A stretch of DNA of 39,842 nt, from assembly GCF_001194135.2 (NCBI RefSeq), contig NC_069008.1, forward strand, positions 14,473,463 to 14,513,304, written 5' to 3'. This DNA comes from Octopus bimaculoides. Lineage: Eukaryota. Made by a program: the position numbers and the translations under genes. Every line of letters begins with the position of its first letter. Within the stretch, counting starts at the first letter, position 1. Of this stretch, positions 12,768 to 23,694 are shown piece by piece. The notes beneath the pieces were generated by a model. That model saw only the letters and a program-made list of their open reading frames with translations. It did not search any database and was not told the DNA's origin.

Positions 12768-12817
12768 CTACTGCCTCAGGTGGATGAATACAGCGAAGGA
12801 ATCTGCTAATCCGAAAC
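12768..12817 (-). CDS. PAN-like + uncharacterised-domain protein, coding exon 5 (last)
   Basis: ttccag| acceptor, phase 1; (G)FGLADSFAVFIHLRQ*. Confidence 0.88.
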
Positions 12818-13059
12818 CTGGAAGCAACAATAACAACATCAACAACAAAAGGAATTGAAATATATCGCAGAAAGCTTTTAGATGACGTCGTTCGAATTAC
12901 TAGAAATAGCAGCCAAATCTCCACAAAGTGTAATGGGAAACATACAAGCGGGTCACGGTCGGAACGCCTTTAACCATACGTCAGATGAATGAAGGCTGAT
13001 TGGCTGCTGAACAATGAGTACAGAAATAACTTCTACTATTATCAATAGCAGTCAGACAG

Positions 13060-13110
13060 ACAGACAGACAGACAGGCAGACAGGCAGACAGGCAGACAGA
13101 CAGACAGACA

Positions 13111-13147
<37 letters not shown>

Positions 13148-13161
13148 CACACATACACACA
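13060..13161. repeat. (CAGA)n/(CA)n microsatellite
   Basis: Direct reading. Confidence 0.9.
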
Positions 13162-13189
13162 AATTGACAGAAGATCAACCATAACTTAC

Positions 13190-13356
13190 CTTTACTCCAT
13201 GTGACATTAGATTTTTTATCAGAATAGAGGATTGCAGGGTAGTGATCTTTGATATCAAGGTCACATTGAAGTTGAGTCTCAACGACGAGTAGCCAGCCAT
13301 GAGCCAGGCTGCAGTTATAATAAGGTTCTTTCCCAATATATACACGACGTTTAGAC
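13190..13356 (-). CDS. PAN-like + uncharacterised-domain protein, coding exon 4
   Basis: 167 nt, phase 2 in and phase 1 out; SKRRVYIGKEPYYNCSLAHGWLLVVETQLQCDLDIKDHYPAILYSDKKSNVTWSK. Donor G|GTAAGT; acceptor is tcctGAG. Confidence 0.85.
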
Positions 13357-14559
13357 CTCAGGAGTAAATAAGACATGGTTGAATTTTAGGATATGAGAAT
13401 TTAAATATTTAGTAAATATAACTGTATTTCCTCTATACGCAATTGAATCAGTCAATATTTAATTAAAATAATCATCTGTGCATCATACTTAATGCTTACA
13501 CACACAGTCGATTAGCTACTTACTGGTGTATTTTTCCTGCGATTATATCTCCTACGGATTTATTGTGCCACGAACACAATTTATATCAGAGAGGCACGAA
13601 AATTCGTTTCAGCAGTGGCCAATGAGAGCAAGAGTTATGTCAGGACAAATATTGCAGTAAGTGGCCTGTCGAGAGTGTATGTATATTATGTATGATGCAT
13701 AGATGGCTATACCAGTTTGTGATGAAATGTGCAGTGATATTCCTAACAACCGTGTATAGATTGCTTTCACAACGAGATCTATCCAGAAATGCGCAAATGT
13801 AAATACTCCAACAAGGGCGAAAGTAAACACTAGTCCTACATATTAGTAAAAAATCAAAAAACACTGCAAACATATGAACGATAATATTTTCTTATGTTAA
13901 ACATTTTAGCAAAACGCTAAATAAACATGAAATGAATTCTAGTCAAGAGAAATAATATAATGAAATATAACAATATTTAAAACGAACCGACACAGGTAAA
14001 TATAATCAGGGTCTATATTTTAGGGCTTTAAAACATGCCACTTAATGTGAAAGCCAGGAGACTGTGCTATTCATCACGAGAAAGCATTTCATTTAGAGGT
14101 GTAGTGTTAAAAATACAGAAATATATTAGTAATAGAGAAATAGTTTCTAGCAGCAGGGTGGAATTGCTAAGTCCGTATTTCTGTTCCATTCAAAAATATC
14201 AGTTGCACATAGCTATTGGTATCCACATACCAAGACAAATTTAACCTCTACTGACATAAAAAGAAAAAGTGATTGACAAATCACAGCTGCTGCAATTAAC
14301 TGGAAGGCGACATATATTTCATTATTAGAGAGTTAAACAGTATTAGTTCAAATTTGCATTCTGTATATTATAACAAATGAAGATATAATGTTGAACACCT
14401 GGAAGTACGATGTTCGTCCCCAGAAAATATCACGTCTAAATGTATAGCGTCAGAATACATCTGAAACATACGGAAAGGGTTTTCTAACAATATAAGTCTG
14501 TATAAAACGGAAAGATTCTACATAGCAAAAGAAAACAAAAAGAATATATATTAACATAC

Positions 14560-14723
14560 CAACGTCCCTCAAGTGAGAAAATAGGTCCTGTGGCTGAAGC
14601 TAGGTCGTTCCACGGTGAACTTCTCAAGTTTTCGCGAGAGAACCAGCTTTCAAGGCTTGTATTTCGTCCATTAAATGTCATAGTTACTGCATCTGATTGG
14701 TTCTTAAATATCACCAATTTCAC
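14560..14723 (-). CDS. PAN-like + uncharacterised-domain protein, coding exon 3
   Basis: 164 nt; ttttgcag| ... TG|GTATGT; VKLVIFKNQSDAVTMTFNGRNTSLESWFSRENLRSSPWNDLASATGPIFSLEGR. Confidence 0.9.
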
Positions 14724-15489
14724 CTGCAAAAGAAATGACAATGTAGCACACACACACACACATACATGCACTCACACGCGTACATACACACACGTATACA
14801 CACATACATAAGACAAACAGACACATACACACTTATGTGATTAAAAATATGTGGATGAGTTTAAATGGATCGCGTTGATTTAACATGTGTTTCTTTGGCT
14901 GCTAGCCTAATGTCCGCTCTCAACCAAATTTATTTAACACACAAAATTAATTACTGATTGGTCACTTACCTAATACGTACCTTCCATCCCAAGTGAATCA
15001 AATCATACATTTAATTGCCCTTCACTTGTAAATTCCATACGCTACTGTGATATCGTAGCATATCTGATATATATCGCTTAATGAACCTCTAATACAGCAT
15101 GACCTCNNNNNNNNNNNNNNNNNNNNNNNNNNNNNNNNNNNNNNNNNNNNNNNNNNNNNNNNNNNNNNNNNNNNNNNNNNNNNNNNNNNNNNNNNNNNNN
15201 NNNNNNNNNNNNNNNNNNNNNNNNNNNNNNNNNNNNNNNNNNNNNNNNNNNNNNNNNNNNNNNNNNNNNNNNNNNNNNNNNNNNNNNNNNNNNNNNNNNN
15301 NNNNNNNNNNNNNNNNNNNNNNNNNNNNNNNNNNNNNNNNNNNNNNNNNNNNNNNNNNNNNNNNNNNNNNNNNNNNNNNNNNNNNNNNNNNNNNNNNNNN
15401 NNNNNNNNNNNNNNNNNNNNNNNNNNNNNNNNNNNNNNNNNNNNNNNNNNNNNNNNNNNNNNNNNNNNNNNNNNNNNNNNNNNNNNNNN

Positions 15490-16580
15490 TATTAGTGTTG
15501 CTTAATATGTTTTGCTAAAATTGCTGTTTCTTTTCAGATATCATCAGACAAAGGTAATTAAAATTCATTGAAATGACAGATCTATCGATCTTTCAAAATG
15601 GTCAAATTTAAGTTGCTCGTATTGCAGGCGCCAGCGTAACAAAGGCAGCCGAAATGCTTGGTGTATCAAGAAGTACTGTCTTAAAAGTAATGAGAGTATT
15701 TGAGAAAAAGGGAAAAACCTCCTCATCAAAACCAAACTCCGGAAGGAAACCAAAACATTCAGATACGGACCGTCGGACTCTTACACGAATTGTTAGAAAG
15801 AATCACAAGACTACAGCTCCCAAAATTACTGCAAAGTTTAATGGCCTACAATGAAAACCCAGTTTCCACAAGAACTGTTCGCCAGGAGCTGCACAAAGCT
15901 GGATTTCATGGAAGGGCTGCAATCAGAAAACCACTTCTTTCAAAAACAAACGTTGCAAAGCGTTTAGAGTGGAGTAAAAACCTACAGAATTGGTCACTAG
16001 AGCAGTGGAAGAATGTTAGTTTCTCGGACGAGTCATCCTTTATCTTATTTCCGATTACGGCCGAGTATACGTGTGGAGACAGCCGAAAGAAGCATTCTTC
16101 CGACTGTTAAACATGGAGGAGGATCTGTGATGATCGGTGGCAGGGGCTATATCATGGAAATCCGCCAGCCCAATGATTTCCCTTCATGGCAGAATTAATA
16201 GTCAAGACTATTTAGGCATTTTTATCTGATCAAATTCAGCCTATGTTTGCGGAATTGTTTCCGGAGGGAAACGCAATCTTTCAGGATGATAATGCACCAA
16301 TTCACACAGCTAAAGTTGTTACTGAATGGCACGAGGAACATTCTAACGAAGTTGAACATCTTATCTGGCCACCACAGTCCCCAGATCTCAATATTATTGA
16401 ACATTTATGGTGCATTTTAGAAAAACAAGTAAGGAGTCGATATCCTCCGCCATCATCACTACAAGAACTGAATACTGTTTTAGCTGAAGAATGGACAAAA
16501 GTTTCTTTGGAAAAAATTCAAACTTTGTACGAGTCCATACCTCGTAGAATTCAAGCTGTAATTACTGCCAAAGCGGTCCT
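15490..16580 (+). mobile_element. Tc1-superfamily transposon, DD36E transposase, frameshifted
   Basis: GRKPK, VSTRTVRQELHKAGFHGRAAIRKPLL, FSDES, TVKHGGGSVM, FQDDNAPIH, WPPQSPDLNIIEHLW. 36 residues between the 2nd D and E. 3' end cut by a SINE; lies in intron 2 of the five-exon gene. Confidence 0.92.
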
Positions 16581-16586
16581 ACTCCT

Positions 16587-16750
16587 GAGTGGCTATGTGG
16601 TAAGTAGCTTGCTTACCAAACACATAGTTCCGGGTTCAATCCCACTGCGTGGCACCTTGAGCAAGTGTCTTCTACTATAGCCTCAGCCCAACCAAAGCCT
16701 TGTGAGTAGATTTGGTAGACGGAAACTGAAAGAAGCCTGTCGTATATATG

Positions 16751-16785
<35 letters not shown>

Positions 16786-16992
16786 ATGTTGTGTATCTGT
16801 CTTTGTCCCCCCAACATCGCTTAACAACCGTTGCTGGTGTGTTTACGTCGCCGTAACTTAGCGGTTCGGCAAAAGAGACCGATGGAATAAGTACTAGGCT
16901 TACAACGAATAAGTCCTGGGGTCGATTTGATTCGACTAAAGGCGATGCTCCAGCATGGCCGCAGTCAAATGACTGAAACAAGTCAAAGAATA
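16587..16992 (+). mobile_element. tRNA-derived cephalopod SINE
   Basis: Head gagtggctatgtggtaagtagcttgc...ggttcaatccc (A/B boxes), central (TG)n, tail ccagcatggccgcagtcaaatgactgaaac; further copies in the window. Confidence 0.88.
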
Positions 16993-17516
16993 TNNNNNNN
17001 NNNNNNNNNNNNNNNNNNNNNNNNNNNNNNNNNNNNNNNNNNNNNNNNNNNNNNNNNNNNNNNNNNNNNNNNNNNNNNNNNNNNNNNNNNNNNNNNNNNN
17101 NNNNNNNNNNNNNNNNNNNNNNNNNNNNNNNNNNNNNNNNNNNNNNNNNNNNNNNNNNNNNNNNNNNNNNNNNNNNNNNNNNNNNNNNNNNNNNNNNNNN
17201 NNNNNNNNNNNNNNNNNNNNNNNNNNNNNNNNNNNNNNNNNNNNNNNNNNNNNNNNNNNNNNNNNNNNNNNNNNNNNNNNNNNNNNNNNNNNNNNNNNNN
17301 NNNNNNNNNNNNNNNNNNNNNNNNNNNNNNNNNNNNNNNNNNNNNNNNNNNNNNNNNNNNNNNNNNNNNNNNNNNNNNNNNNNNNNNNNNNNNNNNNNNN
17401 NNNNNNNNNNNNNNNNNNNNNNNNNNNNNNNNNNNNNNNNNNNNNNNNNNNNNNNNNNNNNNNNNNNNNNNNNNNNNNNNNNNNNNNNNNNNNNNNNNNN
17501 NNNNNNNNNNNNNNNN

Positions 17517-17720
17517 NTGTGTGTGTGTGTGTGTGTATGTTGTGTATCTGTCTTTGTCCCCCCAACATCGCTTAACAACCGTTGCTGGTGTGTTTACGTC
17601 GCCGTAACTTAGCGGTTCGGCCAAAGTACTTGATAGAATATATACCAGAGGGTTTGATCTACTAAACCCCTTCAAGGCGATGCCCTTACATGGCTGCAGT
17701 TCAATAACTAAAACAGGTAT
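17517..17720 (+). mobile_element. Partial copy of the same SINE
   Basis: About 100 bp identical to 16765-16870, then a divergent tail. Confidence 0.75.
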
Positions 17721-17959
17721 AATATAAAGGTATATGTACTGTCAATATTTGTATGTTAATGATTGCTGGATAAATCATCGTCTGCTAAATTGTGTTAGTT
17801 GAATTAATCAAATAATACTTCTTCCCCACAAAATGTGTAGCCATTTATCCATAAGAGAAAATATTGAAACGATGAGTTTAGTAGTTAGAAATACTAGGCA
17901 AAAACTAGCAACGATATGTCTCCTTAATTTTCCTTAATTCCAAGTCAAGTACAGGGAGT

Positions 17960-18330
17960 CAACAGCAAATCCCTATTGGTCTCGTGAATCACTTCTTCAA
18001 TTTCTGTTGAACCTCTCCATGTTTTCGAATTGTCACGATTCTATCTCCATTGGGATATCCACTGGACGGTCCGCCTTGTAATATGAGAAAGACGTTTCCG
18101 CGCAATGTGTCCTAACCAAACTCATTTCCTTCTCGTGATCTGGGCCCCGATAGGTTACTGGCTCACCTATTCCCACAAAGTTTTGTTTGTTACTCAACTT
18201 GCCACCTCACAAGGACGATGTCCAGATAATTCAACTTTGAGTTCAAGTCCCATCGAGGTCCTCAAGCTTTATTCTCTGCAGAGTTCAAAAAAACTTTTAC
18301 CAGTCATGTATCGTAAATTGATTTAAACGA
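17960..18330 (-). mobile_element. RTE-like LINE 3' fragment
   Basis: Minus strand TNKTLW...PIGAQITRRK*VWLGHIARK...ITRRTVQW. Confidence 0.7.
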
Positions 18331-18573
18331 TTTTGTTTCCCATTTAATGGTCACTCACAAAAAGGAGAGTCTTTTGTCTATCATAAATATTCTTATTATT
18401 GCGATTTGCCGCGGATTAAAATCATCACATTACTGCTTCGCCTTCCTACTATATAATTTTTACAGATCAAATATGTTCCAAACATAACTGAATTGATTTA
18501 AATGTCTGTTAATCATTATTACCATTATTAAGAAAGCAATAATGTATGTTTGTGCGTGGATATGCCTACATAC

Positions 18574-18752
18574 CTCATCAATTGGAAGATAGTTCCAGAA
18601 ATCAAGGATAGGATGTCGGAAGAAGTTAGGACAAAAGGTACCAATGCATTCGTCTACTTTCCAGGTTGAAGTACTTCCTCTATTTATAAATGAATCATAG
18701 ACTTTCGAACCGGCTCCGACTGATAAGGCATATATTCTAATCCACTGGCTAT
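18574..18752 (-). CDS. PAN-like + uncharacterised-domain protein, coding exon 2 (absent from the ORF track)
   Basis: 179 nt; tatttcag| ... GAG|GTATGT; (N)SQWIRIYALSVGAGSKVYDSFINRGSTSTWKVDECIGTFCPNFFRHPILDFWNYLPIDE. Confidence 0.92.
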
Positions 18753-18760
18753 CTGAAATA

Positions 18761-18804
18761 ACAACAGCAACAATAATAATAATAATAACAACAACAGCAA
18801 CAAC

Positions 18805-18856
<52 letters not shown>
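18761..18856. repeat. (AAT)n/(AAC)n microsatellite
   Basis: Direct reading. Confidence 0.92.
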
Positions 18857-18857
<1 letters not shown>

Positions 18858-19029
18858 TTTCATTTTATTGCCTCTAGGCGAAGGATGTGTGGAACAAAAC
18901 AGAGACAGATATAACGTGTGGGGGGGCTGACATATAATAATGAAATGATAAAAAGAATTAAATAAAGTATACGTGAATGTGGCATATGTTCTAATCTAGT
19001 GGTTATCTGAAATAATAATAATAATAACA

Positions 19030-19740
19030 ACAACGATAAATCCTTCCTAGCAGAAAAAACACACAGTGAAAAGAAATACAAGCAACTGCAGAATATGTGG
19101 AGATGGAGAAGAAACAATAAATCATATTGTCTCTGGCTGCCCAGTCCTGGCTAAGAAGGAACATATTCACAGACATCACAGAGTTGGGACCTATATACAC
19201 TGGACGCTATGCCAACACTATGGAATAACAACAGAAAAAAGATGGTAAAGGTACATGCTAGAAAAGGTCACAGAAAATGAGAAAGCTATCATAATCTGGG
19301 ATATGTCAATACACACAAATACAGAAATTGTGACCAGTGGGCTGAATGTAGTTGTCAGATGCGGACCCTAAAACAGAAACAATTCTTATGATAGTAGGCG
19401 CATTAGGTATGATAAAAAACACATTTAGACAAATACAAAACATCATGACTTACAAATATATACAACATACATAAAATAGCACTGCTATTATGTAGGATGT
19501 GTGCATTGCACACAACCTATGTAAAACACTTTCAATATAGAGCATCACAAAAAAAAACACAGCAGGTACCCAAGGCACACAGAGCTGCGCTCGATAGTGC
19601 AGTGAAAGCACGTGATAAAAATACGACTATTGAATAATAATAATAATATGTGGAGATGGAGAAGAGACAATAAATCATATTTTCTCTGCCCAGTTCTAGC
19701 TAAGAAGGAATATATTCACAGACACGACAGAGTTGGTATC
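19030..19740 (+). mobile_element. RLE-type (R4/Dong-like) LINE 3' fragment plus a short second copy
   Basis: CRICGDGEETINHIVSGCPVLAKKE (CCHC knuckle), HWTLCQHYG, ENEKAIIIWD; segment repeated at 19645-19740. Confidence 0.8.
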
Positions 19741-19749
19741 CAGATAAAG

Positions 19750-20410
19750 TCCAGGAGGGACGTTCACAAGCACTACTAGAATTTCTTGAATCTTGACAGG
19801 CAGGCATTAGAGAAAGCCTTAAAACAAGTGGAAATAAGTCCTGAAATATCCTCACAAATTCCCAACGTTACGCACTCGGACGTCTGGCAAATAATGATTC
19901 TATTGTTATTAAAATAGCGGATAAGGGGGGCGCTATCCTAATTATGGACAAAAGTGAATATATTTCGGCTTGGGAAAAGGTTTTAAGAGATAAAACTTCA
20001 TATGAAGAATTACCTGTCGATCCAAACCCCAATTACAGTGAGGAATTTGACAAAATAATTCTGGAAATGGAGGAAAACAATTTCATTAATAATACCGAAT
20101 CCAGGATTTTACAGTCAGAAAGAACACCTGTATTTCATGGTCTCCCTAAAATACAGAAAATGTTCGAAAGGTTTCTTCCAATGCGCCCAGTTTGCAGCGG
20201 ATATGAATGTTGCACAGCTAAGATTTCGGAATGGCTGGATGGCTTTTTCTACTCCATGTTGCAAAAAGATCAAGTTCCTATATCCGGGATACTTTAGATT
20301 TTGTGTCTAAGCACCGAAGCCATATCAAAGATTGTTTTTTGGTAACCATGGATGTTTCTTCCTTATATCCCAATATTGACTATGATGAAGGGGTAGAAGC
20401 ATGCATGAAT
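19750..20410 (+). mobile_element. Penelope-like RT N-terminal fragment
   Basis: IVIKIADKGG, MDKSEY, FHGLPKIQK, MRPVCS, SSYIRDTLDF, LVTMDVSSLYPNI. Confidence 0.88.
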
Positions 20411-20699
20411 GTAAGCCCACGCTGAAAAAATGCCAGGTTGTCATTTGGCAACGGTCAGGTCTCTCTAATGGGGTGGGGGTGCTCCTTTCACCCTGGTCGG
20501 CAAGCTCTCTAGAGATGGTGTCTCAATAAAAATAACGGTAGCTGTGTCACATCTTCGTCACAAACCTCGCTATAAGCGAAAATGTTAAATAAATATTTTG
20601 AACAACTGTGAATGAGATTGGATCTGATAACGGTGAAGATCTCTCACCTGGCAAAGTTGGCCCAGTTGTCGTCTAGCGATTGCAGTACGAAGGAAAAGA

Positions 20700-20930
20700 G
20701 AAAAGGTAGAATGCCACTTTGATGGAATTTTACATCCGAAGTGAAACTAGCAGATTTGGCTACATTGGACAGAATGAGAGAGATATGGTTTGAAAGGGGA
20801 ATGCTTGAGGTAACTCAGCAGGGAATAAATGACCAAGGACAGACAAAATTGAAATGCTGGTTAACACAAGTAGAAATGGAAGAAATCAAATTCAGAATCT
20901 ACCAAACAGAAAATAGCAAGTTAAGATAGG
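20700..20930 (+). mobile_element. RLE-type LINE ORF 5' fragment
   Basis: RMREIWFERGMLEVTQQ...WLTQVEMEEIK resembles the N-terminal region of R4/Dong-like ORFs. Confidence 0.55.
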
Positions 20931-21007
20931 TAGATGTCAATGACACTGAAAGCAGACATGGAGGTTCAACAGCAGCTGCAACAAGAATATTATTGATTTC
21001 GGATTTT

Positions 21008-21095
21008 GGTACAAGGCCAGCAATTTCTTGGGAAGAGGAGTAAGTAGATTTCACCGACCCCAGTGTTCAGTTGGTACTTCCATCTTACCGAAGAA
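21008..21095 (-). mobile_element. SINE fragment (second family)
   Basis: Matches the tail of 27567-27805 in reverse. Confidence 0.55.
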
Positions 21096-21139
21096 AGTAA
21101 ATAAAAAAACAACAGTAATAATAAAGAAGCTTCACTTAC

Positions 21140-21470
21140 TTCTGTAGAAGGAAATCTCGTTGCTGTCATTCGCGCTGACGACTGTCATTATATCTTTCGG
21201 CGAGTAATTCTTACAAACATGGCTGACTTTGTTGTAAGTAAAGTATTCTGATTGGCTGTTCAGAGCGATGACGGCACATTGCAGTAGACTTTCTCTCTTA
21301 TAGAATTTTTCCGATGGAGTTGTCTGAAGATAACCATAGGAATAGCCAGGTGGCAAAGGCTTGTAGTAAGCTTCATCAAATTCTTGATCTGAAGTAACGG
21401 CCAGAAATTTTGTATCGATAAACAACAGAACTGTCATCACAGCTAGATGGGTAAAAGGAAACTGGGACAT
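21140..21470 (-). CDS. PAN-like + uncharacterised-domain protein, coding exon 1 (signal-like peptide + degenerate PAN/apple module)
   Basis: ATG at 21470, 110 codons + 1 nt, donor A|GTAAGT. MSQFPFTHLAVMTVLLFIDTKFLA...SLLQCAVIALNSQSEYFTYNKVSHVCKNY. An acceptor (cttag|) 1 nt before the ATG implies an upstream non-coding exon. Confidence 0.9.
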
Positions 21471-21775
21471 TCTAAGATTACGGGAGGGAGACAGAGAAAA
21501 AGAAAATGGATGGGAGAGATTGGAAGAAATTCAGCAAAGAGACAAAGTGAAATTTAATGTATAAGGAGATAACGTGGAAGAGATATCCTGAAAAAGAAAC
21601 GAAAGATAAAATCAGAGGATGGAAAATGTTTGCGTGTGAGAGGAAGGATGGTTGGAAGAGAAAATGAAAAATGAATAAATTCCAATTTAGAAGAAAATAT
21701 TTAAAATAAATTATAGTAAAAAATACACAGGTTCTGGATATGAGTTTTAAACTGCTTCCAATGGAACACCACGTT

Positions 21776-23690
21776 TTCCATCCCCTATTCCCAATTCCTC
21801 CGTCAACGCAGGCTCTGTAGTGACAACCATGACTTTGAGACTCAGTCCCAACTCATGGCTCGCCACTTCATCCTACGTGAATAGTCCCTCACCACTATCC
21901 ACACCACCCTTGCCAGAGCACATTCCGTGGATCGTGCATCTGCTGTCTACCCCCGCACCCGCCCCGCCGTCTCCCGTCTCCCATTTCCCTTCACCTNNNN
22001 NNNNNNNNNNNNNNNNNNNNNNNNNNNNNNNNNNNNNNNNNNNNNNNNNNNNNNNNNNNNNNNNNNNNNNNNNNNNNNNNNNNNNNNNNNNNNNNNNNNN
22101 NNNNNNNNNNNNNNNNNNNNNNNNNNNNNNNNNNNNNNNNNNNNNNNNNNNNNNNNNNNNNNNNNNNNNNNNNNNNNNNNNNNNNNNNNNNNNNNNNNNN
22201 NNNNNNNNNNNNNNNNNNNNNNNNNNNNNNNNNNNNNNNNNNNNNNNNNNNNNNNNNNNNNNNNNNNNNNNNNNNNNNNNNNNNNNNNNNNNNNNNNNNN
22301 NNNNNNNNNNNNNNNNNNNNNNNNNNNNNNNNNNNNNNNNNNNNNNNNNNNNNNNNNNNNNNNNNNNNNNNNNNNNNNNNNNNNNNNNNNNNNNNNNNNN
22401 NNNNNNNNNNNNNNNNNNNNNNNNNNNNNNNNNNNNNNNNNNNNNNNNNNNNNNNNNNNNNNNNNNNNNNNNNNNNNNNNNNNNNNNNNNNNNNNNNNNN
22501 NNNNNNNNNNNNNNNNNNNNNNNNNNNNNNNNNNNNNNNNNNNNNNNNNNNCCTCTCCAACACCACCCTCCACACCGGCACCCATCATCGACCCTATCAT
22601 ATCACCGACTCCTTCACCTGCACTTCTACCAATGTCATCAACTGCAACTCCTGCTCTCTCTGCCCTTCTCTATACATCAGGCAAACGGGACGCCGCTTAG
22701 CTGACCGGTTCGCGGAACACCTCCGAGACATCCAACTCGGCAATGACACCTCGGTCTCGCACCATTTCTGCTCTACCGGTCACTCTTTGCAACACCTGTC
22801 TGTGTTCGGATAGTCCTTGCAGAGGGGCCATCCGGACTCCTGTTTGCACCGTGAACAGGGATTAATCTTCTCTCTTCATGCCTTTGTGCCACATGAGCTC
22901 AACTCACCTCCCCTCTTCATCTATCCTCCTCCCCTCTCCTCTCTCCCACTCACACCTACTTCCTCCCACCCATCTCTCCTCTCTTTCTCCGACTCCTACT
23001 TCTCTTCACTCCTACTCTCCTTCTCCCTTCTTGTCACTTCTACCCACCTCCTCCCTTCCCCTTCATCGTCACCCCTCCCTCGTAACTCCACCCCACCCCT
23101 ACACAATCCAACCCCACCTTCCTTATCTATCCCATCCTATCCCACCCCATCCCTTACACCCACTCCCACATACCCCACCTCTACCTCCAACCTCAGCCTA
23201 CCCACATACCCTACCTCTACCTCCACTCTCAGCCTAACCCACACCCCAATCTCGCCTCCCCCACCTCCCAACACCATCACACCACCACGCACACACTAAC
23301 ACTGACCACTTCCCAGTCTCACATCCACACACCTACACATACACGTACACGTCAAGATCACCAGCCCTCTTCCACACGCACATACATACTCTCTTATACA
23401 CACGCACGCGCACCTTCGTTTTGGGATCACCACTACTTTATTATCTCCCCTTCTTCTTAGCTCTCCTGTGTGACCCCTCTGTCTGGTATTCCCTATGATA
23501 GATCGCTAGCCACTACACATTTTTTATTTTCTCTCCTTGTTTCTTTCTCTATTCCTTTCTGTAGAAGAGCATAGGCTCGAAACGTTAAAGACTTTTTCAC
23601 TTCCCGAGCGTTAAACTAATACATCTGTTTGTTGTCTACACCACCTGTCTTTGTCTTTTGTTTCTTTGCGAATTCTCCTTATATATATAT
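21776..23690 (+). mobile_element. 5'-truncated Penelope-like element: thumb/linker, GIY-YIG endonuclease, pseudo-LTR
   Basis: PYSQFLRQRRLCSD, RLPFPFT; after the gap FTCTSTNVI..SCSLCPSLYI(R)QTGRRLADRFAEHLRDI; pyrimidine-rich pLTR ending in (TA)n. Confidence 0.92.
23555..23590 (+). ncRNA. Minimal type-I hammerhead-like motif, variant core
   Basis: CUUU-CUGUAGA-A-GAGC(AUAG)GCUC-GAAA-CG-UU-AAAG. Stems I and II perfect, ACGU palindromic stem III, A6->U, GUU triplet. Confidence 0.6.
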
Positions 23691-23694
23691 TTAA

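Noticed and set aside
15515-15550. CTGATGA ... GAAA on the minus strand near the Tc1 5' end
   Set aside because: No stem II or stem I complementarity, so not a hammerhead.
16765-17622. Identical ~100-bp SINE stretch flanking the 16994-17516 gap
   Set aside because: Could be a haplotype or assembly duplication; it cannot be judged across the gap.
22817-23299. Pro/Ser/Thr-rich 160-aa and 119-aa ORFs
   Set aside because: They are read-through of the C/T-rich PLE pseudo-LTR after the endonuclease domain.
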